Positions 51,923-64,000 of a stretch of DNA of 64,000 nucleotides are shown one piece after another. Where the stretch lies: the NCBI GenBank assembly GCA_973895155.1, contig OZ316894.1, positions 15,430,699 through 15,494,698 on the forward strand, written 5' to 3'. This stretch comes from Marsupella aquatica. Taxonomy: Eukaryota > Plantae > Marchantiophyta. A model generated the notes under the pieces. That model was not told where the DNA came from and searched no databases. It saw nothing but the letters and a program-made list of their open reading frames with translations. Both the position numbers and the translations under genes were made by a program. Position 1 is the first letter of the stretch; each line of letters begins with the position of its first letter.

Positions 51923-51945
51923 TTTTTGGCGCTAGATGGAGGGGG
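51923..51945 (+). promoter_or_regulatory. Gypsy primer binding site
   Basis: TTTT-TGGCGCTAGATGGAGGG directly after the LTR; resembles the PBS style of Tat/Athila-clade elements. The tRNA identity is not determined. Confidence 0.75.
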
Positions 51946-51991
51946 CATTTCTTAAGCCGTGAGATATGAAGTTAGAACGGAAGCGTAGGTA

Positions 51992-53800
51992 ATGACTGAC
52001 CTTACGCCGAGGGAAGAAAGAGTGATTCAACGGGAGAGAGCTCGACTGCAGCAGCTCGCCGGGTGGCATGATACACAGCGACTGAGAGGGGCAGAAAGAG
52101 CTGGTAGCTCCGAAACTGGAAGTGGCGTCGAAGAAGACATACCAGAAGAAGAGTCGGTAAGGAGAAGTGAGTCTCCAACCGACATGGGGGAACCAGAGGC
52201 ACGGCCAGACGAGAGGCCAGGGACCAGATTGAGCCAGCGTTCGTGCATACATTACAAGGCATTTCATGGGAGAGGAGATGAGGATCCGGACGAATGGTTG
52301 GATGATTTCGAGGGAACCGCTGCAGCAAATGGAGAATCGGCCATCAAGATGCAGATTCTTCCCGGCCTGTTCAAGGGTGAGGCTAGGCCTTGGTACAGAG
52401 CATTAGATGTGGAAGATCAAGCCATCTGGGATATCTTCAAAACACTCTTTGTTAAGGAGTTTCGACCCATTGGAACTTCAGAACTAGCAGTGCTGAAGTT
52501 GGGACAACTTCGGTTCAAGGAGAACAAATCCTTCTGGAAGTTCTTGCAACGCTTTCAGAAACTGGTAAGACGTACAAAGACCAATGCATCTGAAGGTATG
52601 CAACTTCAATGGTTGGTGAATGCTTTGCCACAGAAGATGAGTTTTGCAATTAGGAAGGAGAACCCGGAGACTTTAGCCGAAGCAATTAAGGATATTCAAT
52701 TATACATTAATGCAGATATCACAAGCCGGAAGAAACAGCTTAAGTCTGAGAGTTCCTCATCAGAGGAGGGATCACCCCATAAGAAAAAAGATAAGAAGAA
52801 AAAACATCCCAAGAAGTCTAGAAGTGATAAGTCAAGCTCGGATAGTGGGAGTAGCAAGAGTGAGTCATCTTCTAGTTCTGAAGAAGAAAAAACTAGGAAA
52901 AGGAAGGGCAGAAGGAGAGGGAAGACGAAAGTCAAGATGGAGGCTAAGCCACCAGATAACATCGTAGCCCTTACCGAGCAACTTAAGGCTATCATTGCAG
53001 AGGTAAAACCAAAGAAGAAGGTAGTACAGGAGGATAGCTCTGTATGGTGTGCCTTATGTTATAAAACCGGACACCATAAAGATACGTGTCCTAAGCTTAA
53101 TACTAATCATGTTCGGCATGTGGCCGAGATCAGACCATGTCAGGGAGAAGTAGAGTACTTTTTGGGAGATGCCACTGATAGTGTTTTCGGCATCAGTGAG
53201 ACTGGAGCACGAGACCTATCCAACAGACCTGCATCTCTGTGGTCAGGGTTAAGGAACAATCCAGGAGAGATGTATCCTCGGATTATTCAGAACCCGTCAG
53301 TACCTCCTAGGCCGAATGTGCAAAGATTTGCGGCGTGCTATAATTGTGGTCAACCTGGCCATTTTGCTAGAGAATGCCCGAATGCACGCAAACAGGGTGA
53401 TGGACAACCAGCTCAGCTATGTATGGGATGCCGACAGGAAGGTCATATGCTAGGGCAATGTCCTACTTGGTTGGCAGGCCTGGCCGCAAATCATAAGCTT
53501 TTGCCGATCAAGATCTTACCGCCAGGTACTACCCCCGGAGGAGTTCAAATCAACCACATCGAACTAGGATGGCAAGAGGATGCCGAGGCAGAGTTCGTAC
53601 CATCTGATGATGAGGCCGAAGCCCTATCAACCTTCTCAGAGGAGGATTTAGATCATGATTGCTACCGGGTCTCTACTCGATCTACCAGAAGGAAGGAAAG
53701 GTGGGATGGGCTGGCCAAAAATAAAGGGAAGGTTACGGAGGAAAGGATCGACTCTTCGTCAACATCAACAGAAGGAGAAGGGAGGGCTCCGGCAATATAG
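51992..53800 (+). CDS. Gypsy Gag with CCHC knuckles
   Basis: FHGRGDEDPDEWL...FKGEARPWY...FVKEF; CALCYKTGHHKDTC, CYNCGQPGHFAREC, CMGCRQEGHMLGQC. Confidence 0.92.
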   Translation: MTDLTPREERVIQRERARLQQLAGWHDTQRLRGAERAGSSETGSGVEEDIPEEESVRRSESPTDMGEPEARPDERPGTRLSQRSCIHYKAFHGRGDEDPDEWLDDFEGTAAANGESAIKMQILPGLFKGEARPWYRALDVEDQAIWDIFKTLFVKEFRPIGTSELAVLKLGQLRFKENKSFWKFLQRFQKLVRRTKTNASEGMQLQWLVNALPQKMSFAIRKENPETLAEAIKDIQLYINADITSRKKQLKSESSSSEEGSPHKKKDKKKKHPKKSRSDKSSSDSGSSKSESSSSSEEEKTRKRKGRRRGKTKVKMEAKPPDNIVALTEQLKAIIAEVKPKKKVVQEDSSVWCALCYKTGHHKDTCPKLNTNHVRHVAEIRPCQGEVEYFLGDATDSVFGISETGARDLSNRPASLWSGLRNNPGEMYPRIIQNPSVPPRPNVQRFAACYNCGQPGHFARECPNARKQGDGQPAQLCMGCRQEGHMLGQCPTWLAGLAANHKLLPIKILPPGTTPGGVQINHIELGWQEDAEAEFVPSDDEAEALSTFSEEDLDHDCYRVSTRSTRRKERWDGLAKNKGKVTEERIDSSSTSTEGEGRAPAI

Positions 53801-56800
53801 GTAAGCCATGAGCCCACCAGTGAAACCAATCCTTCACAAGATAGCGACTTCAATCGAGATCATCCTAAGTTGTTCTACCCCTCTGTTACGGCTAGTGTTA
53901 AGGAACAACTAAGAGAATTAGAAACCCTGGAGAATACCGAAGCCATTGCCAAGGATGTAAAACGAGCAAAAGCATTGTTTGCTTCGGAAGACCCAACAGC
54001 TGTGGAGACTAGCGTGGCAAAACTGGCCGAATCCAAGACGGAAACACCACCAGAAGAGAAGCCGATTGTTCCCTATGACCTGGCTAAAGATGTACTAGAA
54101 TCTAGAGTCTCGGCAACAGTAGGTCAACTATTGAAAAATAGCCCGTACTTCCGGAAGCAATTAAGGAAGGCTATTCTCGGCAAGCCGAGATTACCCAAGG
54201 TAGCAACCAGATCCGACGTACTAATGATAGAAGAAGATCAAGGAGCCCCAGCATTACCATTAATGATTCAAGGAGAATTATTACTACGGGTACCCATCGA
54301 TGGAGGATCAGGGGTATGTATTATGATTGATTCAACAGCAAAAGGGTGGGGTCTAACACCGGAGATGACTGGAAGAGTGTTGAACATGGCCAATGGATAT
54401 CAGGTCATTCCGACGGGAGTGTTAACCGGCATCAAGACAGAGATAGGAGGTATCTTCTTTAGCATTAACTATGTAGTAATGAAGCCGGTAAATCCTACGT
54501 CATTCCGGCTATTGATTGGTAGGCCATGGCTGTACCTAGCCGAGGTAATAGAAGATTGGGGTAAAAAGCAGTTCACTTTCGGGACCCCCTCTATCACGGT
54601 ATCCTGGGACACTAAGGATGACCATAGGAAAAGCATAAGGGAAGTAGATGGGTACGACAATGGACTGGAGTCAGCCGATGAAGTACGTTGGTTAGAATGC
54701 CTCACTAACCTAACCGAAGAAGGTGTCTTTGGACCAGAGGTACCCCCCAGCGGATTATGGCAAGAACCAATGGAAGGTGACTTGGAAGAAGAAGACGAAG
54801 AGGTCGAGGACTGCTTTACAATAGAATCCACCTTTTTAGCTGCAATTCCGGAGGAAGTAAAGGATGTAGACCAATTGGATGAAACGGCTAAGTGGGGAGC
54901 AGTAGCAGGGACAGTGGATTTTCTGCAGGCGTTGTGGCAGAGCCGACGGGGTCCACAACGCCATCGATCATCGGCAAGGAATTAAATACCAAGGGATCGG
55001 CATACAAGCCGATTACGAGGGCAGAACAAATTGAGGCCCTATTAGAAGCCGAGAGAGCACAGCGGCCTAACTCTCAGGAGCAAGAAGTGGATGAGATGGA
55101 CAGACACGATCCAGAGCCAAGGCAGGAAGGGGAGCCAACCACTAATTCAAAACCGAATAGACCGGTAAGGGGACAATCTATGGACACCAAGGAAGGGACC
55201 GACTCGGCTAGTCCAGCCGAGATCCCAGTTTATGGAGGTATGAGATTAGAGAGACTGGAAGCCGAACTGGACCCGAATTTGAAGAAGCAGATTAATATGA
55301 TCCAAGCACGGCAATATCGGAAGCTCGACTTAGGAGAGGGAAGAGAACTGAACTTAGGGAGAAACCTAGCACCTGAGCTCGAGAAAGAGATCAGTGACTT
55401 ATTGATTGAATTTCAGGATGTGTTTGCATGGAGTCACCAAGATCTAAAGGGAGTAGATCCAACACTAGGGGAACATCGAATTGATCTCATGTTAGGAGCC
55501 AAATCATTTTGACAACCAATTCGAAGGATGAACCCGAAGTATTCCCTGCTGGTCAAAACAGAAATCGACAAACTAGTGGAAGCTGGATTCATCACTCCAG
55601 TCCTGCATTCAGACTGGGTGTCTCCAATTGTGATAGTTCCCAAGAAAGCTGGACCCGATGGTAAACCCAAGATCCGGGTTTGTCAGGATTACAGGAAGCT
55701 GAATGAAACAACATTAAAAGACCATTTTCCTTTACCGTTTACTGATATGGTACTAGACATGGTAGCCAGTCATGAACTATATTCATTCATGGATGGATAC
55801 TCTGGTTATAACCAAATCAGGATTCGGCAGGAAGACCAAATCAAGACGGCCTTCATCACGGAATGGGGGATCTATGTCTTCAATCGTATGTCGTTTGGAC
55901 TCTGCAACGCACCAGCTATGTTCCAACGATTAATGGTGAACATTTTTCATGATTACTTGAGAAAGTTCATGGAAATCTTCATTGATGACTTTGCAGTATT
56001 CGGGAAGGCATCGAAACATGCTAAATACCTCAGGAAAACCTTCATGAGATGTAGAGAGGTGGGTCTCAAGTTACACCCAGATAAATGTTTTTTTGCAGTA
56101 ACCGAGGGGGTGCTACTAGGTCACAAGGTATCAAGGAAGGGCATTGAGATTGACAAAGGTAAGCTAGCAGTATGGCTAGATATCATGCAACCTAAGAACA
56201 TAAAGGATGTAAGATCCTTCTTGGGATGCATTGGTTACTATCGCCGGTTCATCAAGGATTTTGCCAAGCTGGCTTTACCATTAATCAATATGCTCAAGGC
56301 AGGAGCAGACTTCGAACCCACACCCGAATGAGTCACAGCGGTGGTAGAATTGAAGCAGATGTTAGTAGAGGCCCCAGTCATGATAGCACCGGACTGGAAC
56401 AAAGATTTTCATGTTTTTGTAGATGTCTCGGGCTTCTGTATTGGCTCAGTACTAAGTCAGTTGGATGAGAAAGGAAGGGACCATCCCATATACTTCGCAA
56501 GCCGTCAGCTTGCCGATGCCGAACGGAACTACTCTACCACGGAAAGAGAAGCATTAGGAGTCATTTATTCTTGTAAAAAGTTTAGGCATTATTTACTAGG
56601 GTACAAGGTAATCTTTCATACTGATCATGAAAGTTTGAAGTACCTAGTCAATAAGCCGGACCTTACAGGCAGAGTAGCAAGATGGATTTTGCTATTACAG
56701 GAGTTTGACTATGAGCTGAGGATCAAGCCGGGAAAGTTACATGCCAATGCCGACTTCTTTTCAAGGATCACAGGTAAACCTGCCACGGATTGCATCGATG

Positions 56801-58158
56801 ATCGATTCCCCGACGAGGAGCTATTCGTTGTGGAAATAGCTGGTACATGGTACCCTGAGATTTTACAATTTCTCAGCACTTCCAGATTACAGCCAGGATT
56901 AAGCCGAGAGCAAGCCGCAGTCTTTGTGCGGAAGGTCAGACAGTATCAGTGCATTAAAGGCATACTGCACAAGCATGGAATCAACGGCACGATTCAAAGA
57001 TGTTTGGAAAAGAGAGAGGTAAAATGAGTCCTACGGGCCATGCATGGAGAGGAGGCCGGAGGACATTTTGCCCCAGTAACCACATCTAAGAAGATATTAA
57101 ATGCCGGTTACTGGTGGCCCACCTTGCACAAAGATGTCTATCAGTTTATCAAACAATGCGATCCTTGTCAACGAGCGGGAGGACCAAGGGCGTCCACCAG
57201 GCATCCACTGCACCCTATTCTACCTCTGGCACCATTCGAGAAGTGGGGTATTGATTACATTGGACCTCTGAAACCACTGACCCACCCTCGACGGAACAAG
57301 TACATAATCCTGGCTACGGATTATGCAACTAAATGGGTAGAGGCCAGACCAACAACAAAGGATGATGCAATTACTACGGCTAGATTCATGTATGAGCAGA
57401 TCTTCACCAGGTATGGAGCACCCCTAGAATTAGTTAGTGATAGAGGAACCCATTTTTTGAATGATATAATTAGTCGTTTAAATGAGCAGTATTTAGTTAA
57501 ACATAGGCCTACTACTCCCTACCATCCAAAGGCAAACGGGTTGACAGAACGAGCAAACGGAATCATAGGAAAGATATTGAACAAGACAGTAGCTCAGAAC
57601 AAACTCGATTGGGATGATAAATTGTTTGCTTCTGTTTTTGCTTACAATCTTGCCTATAAATCCACTACCGGTCATACACCCTTCTTCTTAACCTTTGGAC
57701 AAGAAGCCCTGGTACCCATGCAACTTGAGATACCGACATTTCAAGTTACAATTGAGGAAAGAGCCTCAGCGGAGGAGAGCCTAAAGGAGCGAGAATATAG
57801 GTTAGAAGCTTTAGAGGAAGCGAGAATGATTTCAGCCGAGAGAGTAGAATATAGACAGAATATCATGAAGCAGCAGTATGATAAAAGGTTAAAAGTAGTT
57901 AGTATTCATACCGGTGATCTTGTGCTACTTTATGACAGTAGGTATAGTAGGTTTCCAGGAAAGCTTTACACTCGCTAGTTAGGACCCTTTAGAGTAACCA
58001 TGATGTTCCCCAATGGCTCCGTACAATTGGCCAACATTACGGGAGAGGTATATCCAGTTCGCATCCATTATGACCGCCTCAAGAAATACTATATGGACGA
58101 AGATGAAGTTGTTCGCGAGGACGCTTCACAATTAAGTGGGGAGCTATGTGATGCCTAG
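53801..58158 (+). pseudogene. Gypsy Pol (PR, RT, RNase H, INT) with four in-frame stops and one frame change near 54900-54985
   Basis: PIDGGSG; RVCQDYRKLN, MDGYSGYNQI, FIDDFAV; FVDVSG, NYSTTEREAL; GGHF...CDPCQ, WGIDYIGP, VSDRGTHF, ANGLTER. The frame runs through the PPT to a TAG at 58156-58158 inside the 3' LTR. Confidence 0.93.
58134..58146 (+). promoter_or_regulatory. Polypurine tract
   Basis: AAGTGGGGAG(CTA) immediately before the TG of the 3' LTR. Confidence 0.7.
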
Positions 58159-61100
58159 ACAGGAATCACTCGGCCGGTTAAGTGGGTAAAGCAGGAAGGC
58201 ACCCTAGGAACACCTTAGTATAGGGACAAAACAAGGAAAATATAAACAATTAGGGGCAACCATGGAACCCGGGCAGAGGCCGGAGGTAAGGCTGAGGGTG
58301 AAAACCCGATTAGGGTTAGGGCGCGTTAAGCGTCGGCGGCTAGGAAGGATCAACGGGAAGAAGGACCGGCAGAGGAGAGGGGTAAGGAGCGCTTGCAGGA
58401 GATGGTGGCTCATTTGCGAGCACGAACTAGGCAGATGACTACGGGAGGCCAACTACTGTCAGCTGCTTAGGCAAGCACTCGGGGAGAGAGTAGATACCGA
58501 CGATCGACCTAAGGAGGGTATGAGCAACGTCAATCAAGCGGCACATTTCTGGGGATGCCTGTTCGAACGGGCAACTGAGTACATCAAGACTTACGAGGAC
58601 GAGGAGTCAGAAAGGGCAGCTCGAGAACGGCAGGAGCTCGCTCGATTGTGGGAGCTGCAGAAGACGGCTTTCTTAGGAGGCGAACTCATCAAGGACGAGT
58701 TCCTATGGACGCCTACTTCCAATCAACTCGACGATCTTCTGTTTTGCAAAGACAGCGTCGTCGGCATCCGAGAGGCCATCAAGAACTGCAACGACATACA
58801 CTGGGAATTAAAGGGTAGCACGGAAAGGTGGACCCAGGCAACGGTGCTAGGAGAAACCTCCACGGCAGCAGAGATGAAGAGGAAGGGGGCCGTCAACGAT
58901 GAAGCCACCCCGGCAAAAAGAACGAGGTCGGCGGCACCAAAGAGGCCAGCCGAGCAGCAGAGCAGGAGGCAGGGAGAAGCCGAAGAGGAGGAGGTCGATC
59001 CCATCAAGGCCATTCCAACCAGGGATGACACCTGGAAGGGCTGGGCGGCAACCCTACCGGTGGAGGTGCAACTACATTTTGCACGGGAGGAGGATGCATG
59101 CTTTACGGCCATGCAGACCAAGAAGTACCAAGGCTTCATGGCCGGATCCGGCTTGGAGGCCTTTGTAAGATTACCATGGCTGAAGCTGGAGGTACCGGAG
59201 TCAGACCTATTAGAATTTGTGGGGTCATGGGAACCCGAGACCAATTGCACGAGGATATATGGGAAGGATTTCTATCTTACTCCCAAGGTAATTGCCGAAG
59301 TGTTTGGCTTGCCGATAGGCAATAAGACCAAAGTTGATACCAGGAAGACCTTGCCTGACAAGGAGTTCCGGTCGTTCCCCGGGCCATCAACGAAGAATGG
59401 CTTCTTCCAGAACACCTGCACCAACCCGCACATAGGAGAGATGATCGACTTCTTGCGGGTGACCATGCATTGTAACTTGCCGAGGGCAGAGATCGGCAAG
59501 GCACAGGTCTATCTGGCAGAAAGGCCAGACCCAAGCCGGGACTACAACGGGTATCTCCTCAACCAATTGAAGAAGATCTTAAAGGAGGAGCAGCAGGTAA
59601 TCGGCATGGGAAGCGTGTCGCGGCTTGGCTATCACATGCCGCTGTTGTGCCGGTATGCCAGAGGTCAGACTTTTGCCCCGGTACTTCCCCTGCAGGTAAG
59701 GGCACCCGAGGAAGCTCCAACGCCGAGGCCGTTGGCTGAGAAGCCTCAACCACCTGTTAGTCCTACGATCGAGCAGGTGTTTAGGCCCAGGAAGGAAGAC
59801 TTGCCGATGCAGCAACCAGGCATGCAGAGTCTGCTGAAACTACTGGAGAAAGAAAAGAAATCGGCATCGGCAACAACAACGGCAACGGCAACAATGCAGG
59901 ACACTACTACAGAGGTAGGCCTACACCGGCTCACAAGAGAAAACCCCTTTGCTGGAGACAAGGAGAGAATCAGGCCGGAATCCAAGCCAGGTGTTCGAAT
60001 GTACGTGGGAACCTCAAGCTCCGAATCTGAGGCAGAATTGCCTGAAGCTCCTACCGACAAAGAGGAGAGGGAGAAGCCGGACGTCCAAGAGGTAGAGGAG
60101 GCAGTGGAGGACTGCAGCCATGATAATTCCGGCTATGGGTCGGACCATCACGTTCCAGGAGTAAGGACCTGTGGCCGGTTTGTCCCCACACTTCCAAGGG
60201 TAGTGCGAGGGGACCCCAACCAGCAGAGTAGCCCTGAGTCTCCCCCACCAGATGTTGCTCCCCCGAGCTTCGACGGCATAAAACAGACGGTGCAGGAATT
60301 TCAGGAGCGAATCAAGCAGGAGGAGGAGGCCGCCCTGGCTAAGGAAAAGGATTTACCAGGAGGAGATTGGCCGGAGGACATCAGGCGGCTAGCCGAAAAA
60401 GGAAGCAAACCTCTAGCCACGATTGAAGAGATCCGCAGGACGGCTTGGGAGCAGAGGCCACGATGGGCGATGCCGATCACTTCTACTTACTCCACCTACG
60501 CTAAGAATAGAGCCATGGAGTATGGTGAGATGTGTGGGGAACTTGCGCTCGGCATCTTTGGAGAGGAGTTGGAGGTAGGACCCTTTTTCCATAGGGAGCA
60601 GTTGGAGAAGCACCAATTAGAAGAAGCGGTGGCTTTAGAGAGAAGCAAGAAGGACGAGGTCATTCGGCGGCTTAGGAGGATGGAAGCCGAGATTGAAGAT
60701 CTAAGGGCGGCCAAGAAAGCCCAAGATGAACTGCGGATTAAACGACATGAGCTGAACATCATGCAAGGGCAGTTGGACACCGCGTAGGCTGATAATCAGA
60801 ATATCAAGGATAAACTGACTCAGACGCAGGAAGAGTTGGCCGACACGATCAAAGAGAGGGAGAAGTGGAAGCAAGAGCTGAAGAATACAGAGGAGGCCCA
60901 CATAACAGCCAACAACCGGGCCATGGCGGAGACCCAAAGAAAGGAATGGGCGTTGAAAGGGGAGCTCGAGAAAATCCGCGGAGCCCTTGAGCAGAAGGAG
61001 GTCGAGTTAGGGAAATCCTATCAAGGGATTATGGCGCTGCAGCAGGAGCTTGCGTCCCTGACGGCCAGCTTCAAGGCCGACCTAAGGGAGAAGGACGAGA

Positions 61101-62782
61101 TGCTCGAACAGACTTACGCCAAGATGAACCAGATGGAGTCTGTCATCATTGCAGAGCTCGACAAGGAGCTAAGAGCAACCCAGGAGGAGAGGGCTACCTT
61201 GAAGAAGGAATTGGAGGAAGCCCACAGGGAGCAGGAGGAGGCCAAAAACGAGCTGGAGGGGGCACGTAAGGACCTGGATGAAACCCAAGAGGAGTTGGAG
61301 GAAATCACGAGGAAGATGGAGAACCTACAGCGGTGGGCCGACAACCAAACAGAGCGGCTGAAGAAACAAGCCGCAGTATTTAAATGCTTAGCTGCAGCAG
61401 GTCCATCTCCCGTTGGGACAAACCAGTTACCAGGGGTGGTAATTGCCGAAGGACAAGCCGCGCCACCTGCACCAGTGCCGGAAGTAAGTGGGAAGGGGAA
61501 GGGACCAGCTGCCGAGCCACCAACGAAGAAGAAGCGGAAACCTTCAGGGTCAAGGAGTAATACGACTTCACAGGCCGTGGTGATCAAGGAGGTAGACCCA
61601 GCACCGACCCCAGACAGGGTCACGGCTAGGGATCCAACTACCCTAGGGGAAGGGGAGGCCGAAGCCGAGGGAGTGGCTGAGGCCGAAGCCGTGGGTATTG
61701 CCGAGGCCGGTGTCGAGGCTGAAGCCGAAGGTGGACCCAGTCAGGCCGATGGAGAGTTGACTCAGTCAAGGGCAGGTAATCTGTCAGAGAATGAACCTAC
61801 GGCAGTGGCTGAGGAGGAAGCGTTGGGGGCGTCCATTAAGGATCCACCACCGGTGTCGTGACGGTGCAAGGGCGCCGTTCCTTTTAGGGAGGGCGGACGT
61901 GGAGGGAGGAGGCGTGAGTGGGCAGGGCGGGCGCGGATCTCCACGTTTAGGATTAGGATCAGAACCAGGAGCGGCCCTGACACTTAGCTTAGTGGGATTG
62001 CGGTCCCACTGGTAGGAGCAACACTTGTGCTCCTGCCTTGCTGTACATAGGTAGATTCGGGCAAGTAGATTACTGTTAAGTAGATTAGGCTTACGATGCA
62101 AAGAATGGCGGATCCACTACCAGGATAAGTACCTGGGCAGCGGGGAGCTCAGGGCCTCTTCTTTAGCAAGTTTTTAGTTTGCACCAGCCGGGCTGGGATC
62201 AAGTAGTACGAGAAGCTCTCGGTTAGTCATACAGTGACCCTTGTGTATATTCATGTTTCCTCATGCCTAAGAGCTGAATAGAGTTGGCCTCACGGCTTAG
62301 TTCGCAGAACTTGTGTATGAGATGTACTGTTTGTATGGCAAGTGCATGGTATGACTCAGTCAGAATGAGTCATTTTGCTATTTGTGTGTCGCATTAACTT
62401 GTGTGAAGAGTGCCCACATCAACAGAAGGAAGGAAAGTAAGCAGGGGAGTGAGAGTTGGATGTGTCGAGCTGAGAGAGGTCTTAGCGGCTTAACCAAGCC
62501 TATTGGGGATCATTCCGGCGGCGGAATCCAAACATACCTAACAAGACGGAGGGGAAGACAGGGGAAGACAGGGGAAGGCCTATATTAGGCCGGCTACGTA
62601 TCTCATGACCCGATGAAGAATCTGTCCAGTATATGTGTGTAAAATGTTATTAGTAGTAGTAGAAGGTTAGCAGCGTCCCATGCCGCTAAGCCACGGAAAC
62701 GGCCTCGCCAAGCACGAAACCTGCGGGAATCGGCTTGAGCTGGGGGGTTTCTTGGGTTTAGGGAGCCATGGGACGCACCACA
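58147..62782 (+). repeat. Gypsy 3' LTR (4636 bp)
   Basis: Near-identical to the 5' LTR; followed by the GACAC TSD. Confidence 0.96.
58262..61861 (+). CDS. Second copy of the LTR-encoded accessory protein; private stops at ~58436 (TGA) and 60785 (TAG)
   Basis: ORFs 58520-60787 and 60836-61861 are in one frame; the stops are CGA and CAG in the 5' LTR. Confidence 0.85.
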
Positions 62783-63255
62783 GACACGGATAGAGGTTAG
62801 CGGACATGGATAGCGGATATGGACAGAGGTTAGCGGACACAGATAGCGAATACGGATAGAGGTTAGCGGACATGGATAGCGGATACAGATAGAGGTTAGC
62901 GGACACGGATAGCGGATATGGATAGAGGTTAGCGGACATGGATAGCGGATACGGATAGGTTAGTGGACACGGATAGCGGATACGGATACCGGATAGTGGC
63001 CAGTGGCTAGCGGATTTAGATTGGGGTTAGACTAAACCCGGGACAATGGATAGCGGACAACGGATAGCGGACAACCGACACGGACAACAGACATGGACAA
63101 TGGATAGCGGACAACGGACACGGACACGGATAGTAGACAACAGGCACAGATAGCAGACACGGATAACGGACATGGACAACGAACACGGACAACGGACACG
63201 GACAACTGACACGGACAACGGACACGGATAGCGGACACGAACATGGATAGCGGCT
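62783..63255 (+). repeat. Tandem arrays (~32-bp GGATAGAGGTTAGCGGACAYGGATAGCGGATA units, then 6-7-bp CGGACA-type units)
   Basis: Directly visible; the first unit lies left of the gypsy insertion at 47254-47286. Confidence 0.9.
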
Positions 63256-63904
63256 TAGCTCGAGGCCACGGGTTAACTCTTCTAAGGTTAGATAGGGTAG
63301 CTAGGCTAGCCGAACTCGGGTTAGCTACGTAACTTGGGTTAGCGTAGCAATGAGTACCCCCTCTCGGTTGCGGGGGCATAACTTTCTGTGTATTTGGCCA
63401 AATCGGCTATAATTGACCTCGTTGGAAAGAGGAGCTCAAGCCGCTTCCAACGCTGCTATCCACGCAGCAAATGGTTGAATAGAGGAATCAGGAGAGGAGG
63501 CGCAAGCTCGCAAAAACCATGGAGGAGGGCCAAATCCGAAGTACATAGCCAATTCGAGATAGAAATAAAGTTGCGAGTTAGGGTTCAGTAGTTAGAGATA
63601 GTGGCGGCTCTGTTAGGGCTGGGATGGGGCTCCAGCAGTGTAGTATCCACCCATTTGGGCTCAGTATGAGAGTATATAGAGCAGCCCCCCGGTAGAGGCA
63701 AGGGGGGGGGGCCTTCAGTTGTGTGATCTCACTTAGAATGAGCAGCAGGGAGGAGCTCTGTGCAAGCAAGGCTGGACTTGGACGTTGCGTGTTGGGGAGA
63801 GCTTGGTTGTGCTATTACTCAGGGAGTAATCAGCCAAGCTTCACAGTTGCAACGGGTTGCTAGGTTTGCGAGTTGGATTGTGGCTCTTTCTAGTGGGCAG
63901 CACA
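62783..63904 (+). mobile_element. Family A LTR-like repeat, copy 3, right part
   Basis: 63270-63900 is the reverse-complement match to 13268-13610 plus 14445-14720. Possible end ...GGGCAGCACA at 63904. Confidence 0.8.
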
Positions 63905-64000
63905 ACTGGGTTCTTTTCCCCCGATACAGAGCCTTGGTGATAGGTGATGTATTGGTGATTGTAAACTGTGGGAAGGATGTCAATTTGATTTGTGGTGAGC

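Larger units (their letters stand above)
47287..62782 (+). mobile_element. Full-length Ty3/gypsy retrotransposon (non-chromovirus, Athila/Tat-like) with 4636-bp LTRs
   Basis: Direct repeats 47287-51922 and 58147-62782 (TGTG...CACA). TSD GACAC at 47282-47286 and 62783-62787. PBS and PPT adjacent to the LTRs. Order gag-PR-RT-RH-INT. Confidence 0.96.

Noticed and set aside
47287-62782. Segmental duplication of a host coiled-coil gene, or an assembly artefact
   Set aside because: The repeats have TG..CA ends, a TSD, a PBS and a PPT exactly at their borders, and scattered independent substitutions.
62783-63255. CRISPR array or repeat-protein ORFs (SANLYPYPL...)
   Set aside because: Pure tandem repeats without spacers; the ORFs are repeat shadows.

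Overview
Transposon-saturated eukaryotic DNA, most consistent with a land plant and probably a non-seed lineage (inferred from the element types). No rRNA, tRNA or CRISPR is seen, and no clearly intact host gene. Left to right: (1) the 3' part of a CACTA/EnSpm element (to 13267) containing an intact Bianca-like Ty1/copia element (6675-12419; 1536-aa ORF, ATGCC TSD). (2) Nested LTR, LINE and copia fragments (13.3-20 kb). (3) A ~9.8-kb hAT element (20176-29963) whose transposase converges on two cargo genes, a protein kinase and a coiled-coil/RING-H2-like protein. (4) A possible degraded gene plus decayed gypsy and copia remnants (30-38 kb). (5) A spliced, Sola2-like DDD transposase pseudogene with a palindromic minisatellite in its intron (38.2-45.8 kb). 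(6) A full-length Ty3/gypsy element (47287-62782, GACAC TSD) whose two 4636-bp LTRs each contain a ~1100-1200-aa accessory gene. The LTR-encoded gene and the kinase/RING-carrying hAT are the strongest candidates for undescribed biology. Family assignments come from motif recognition only; no database searches were run.
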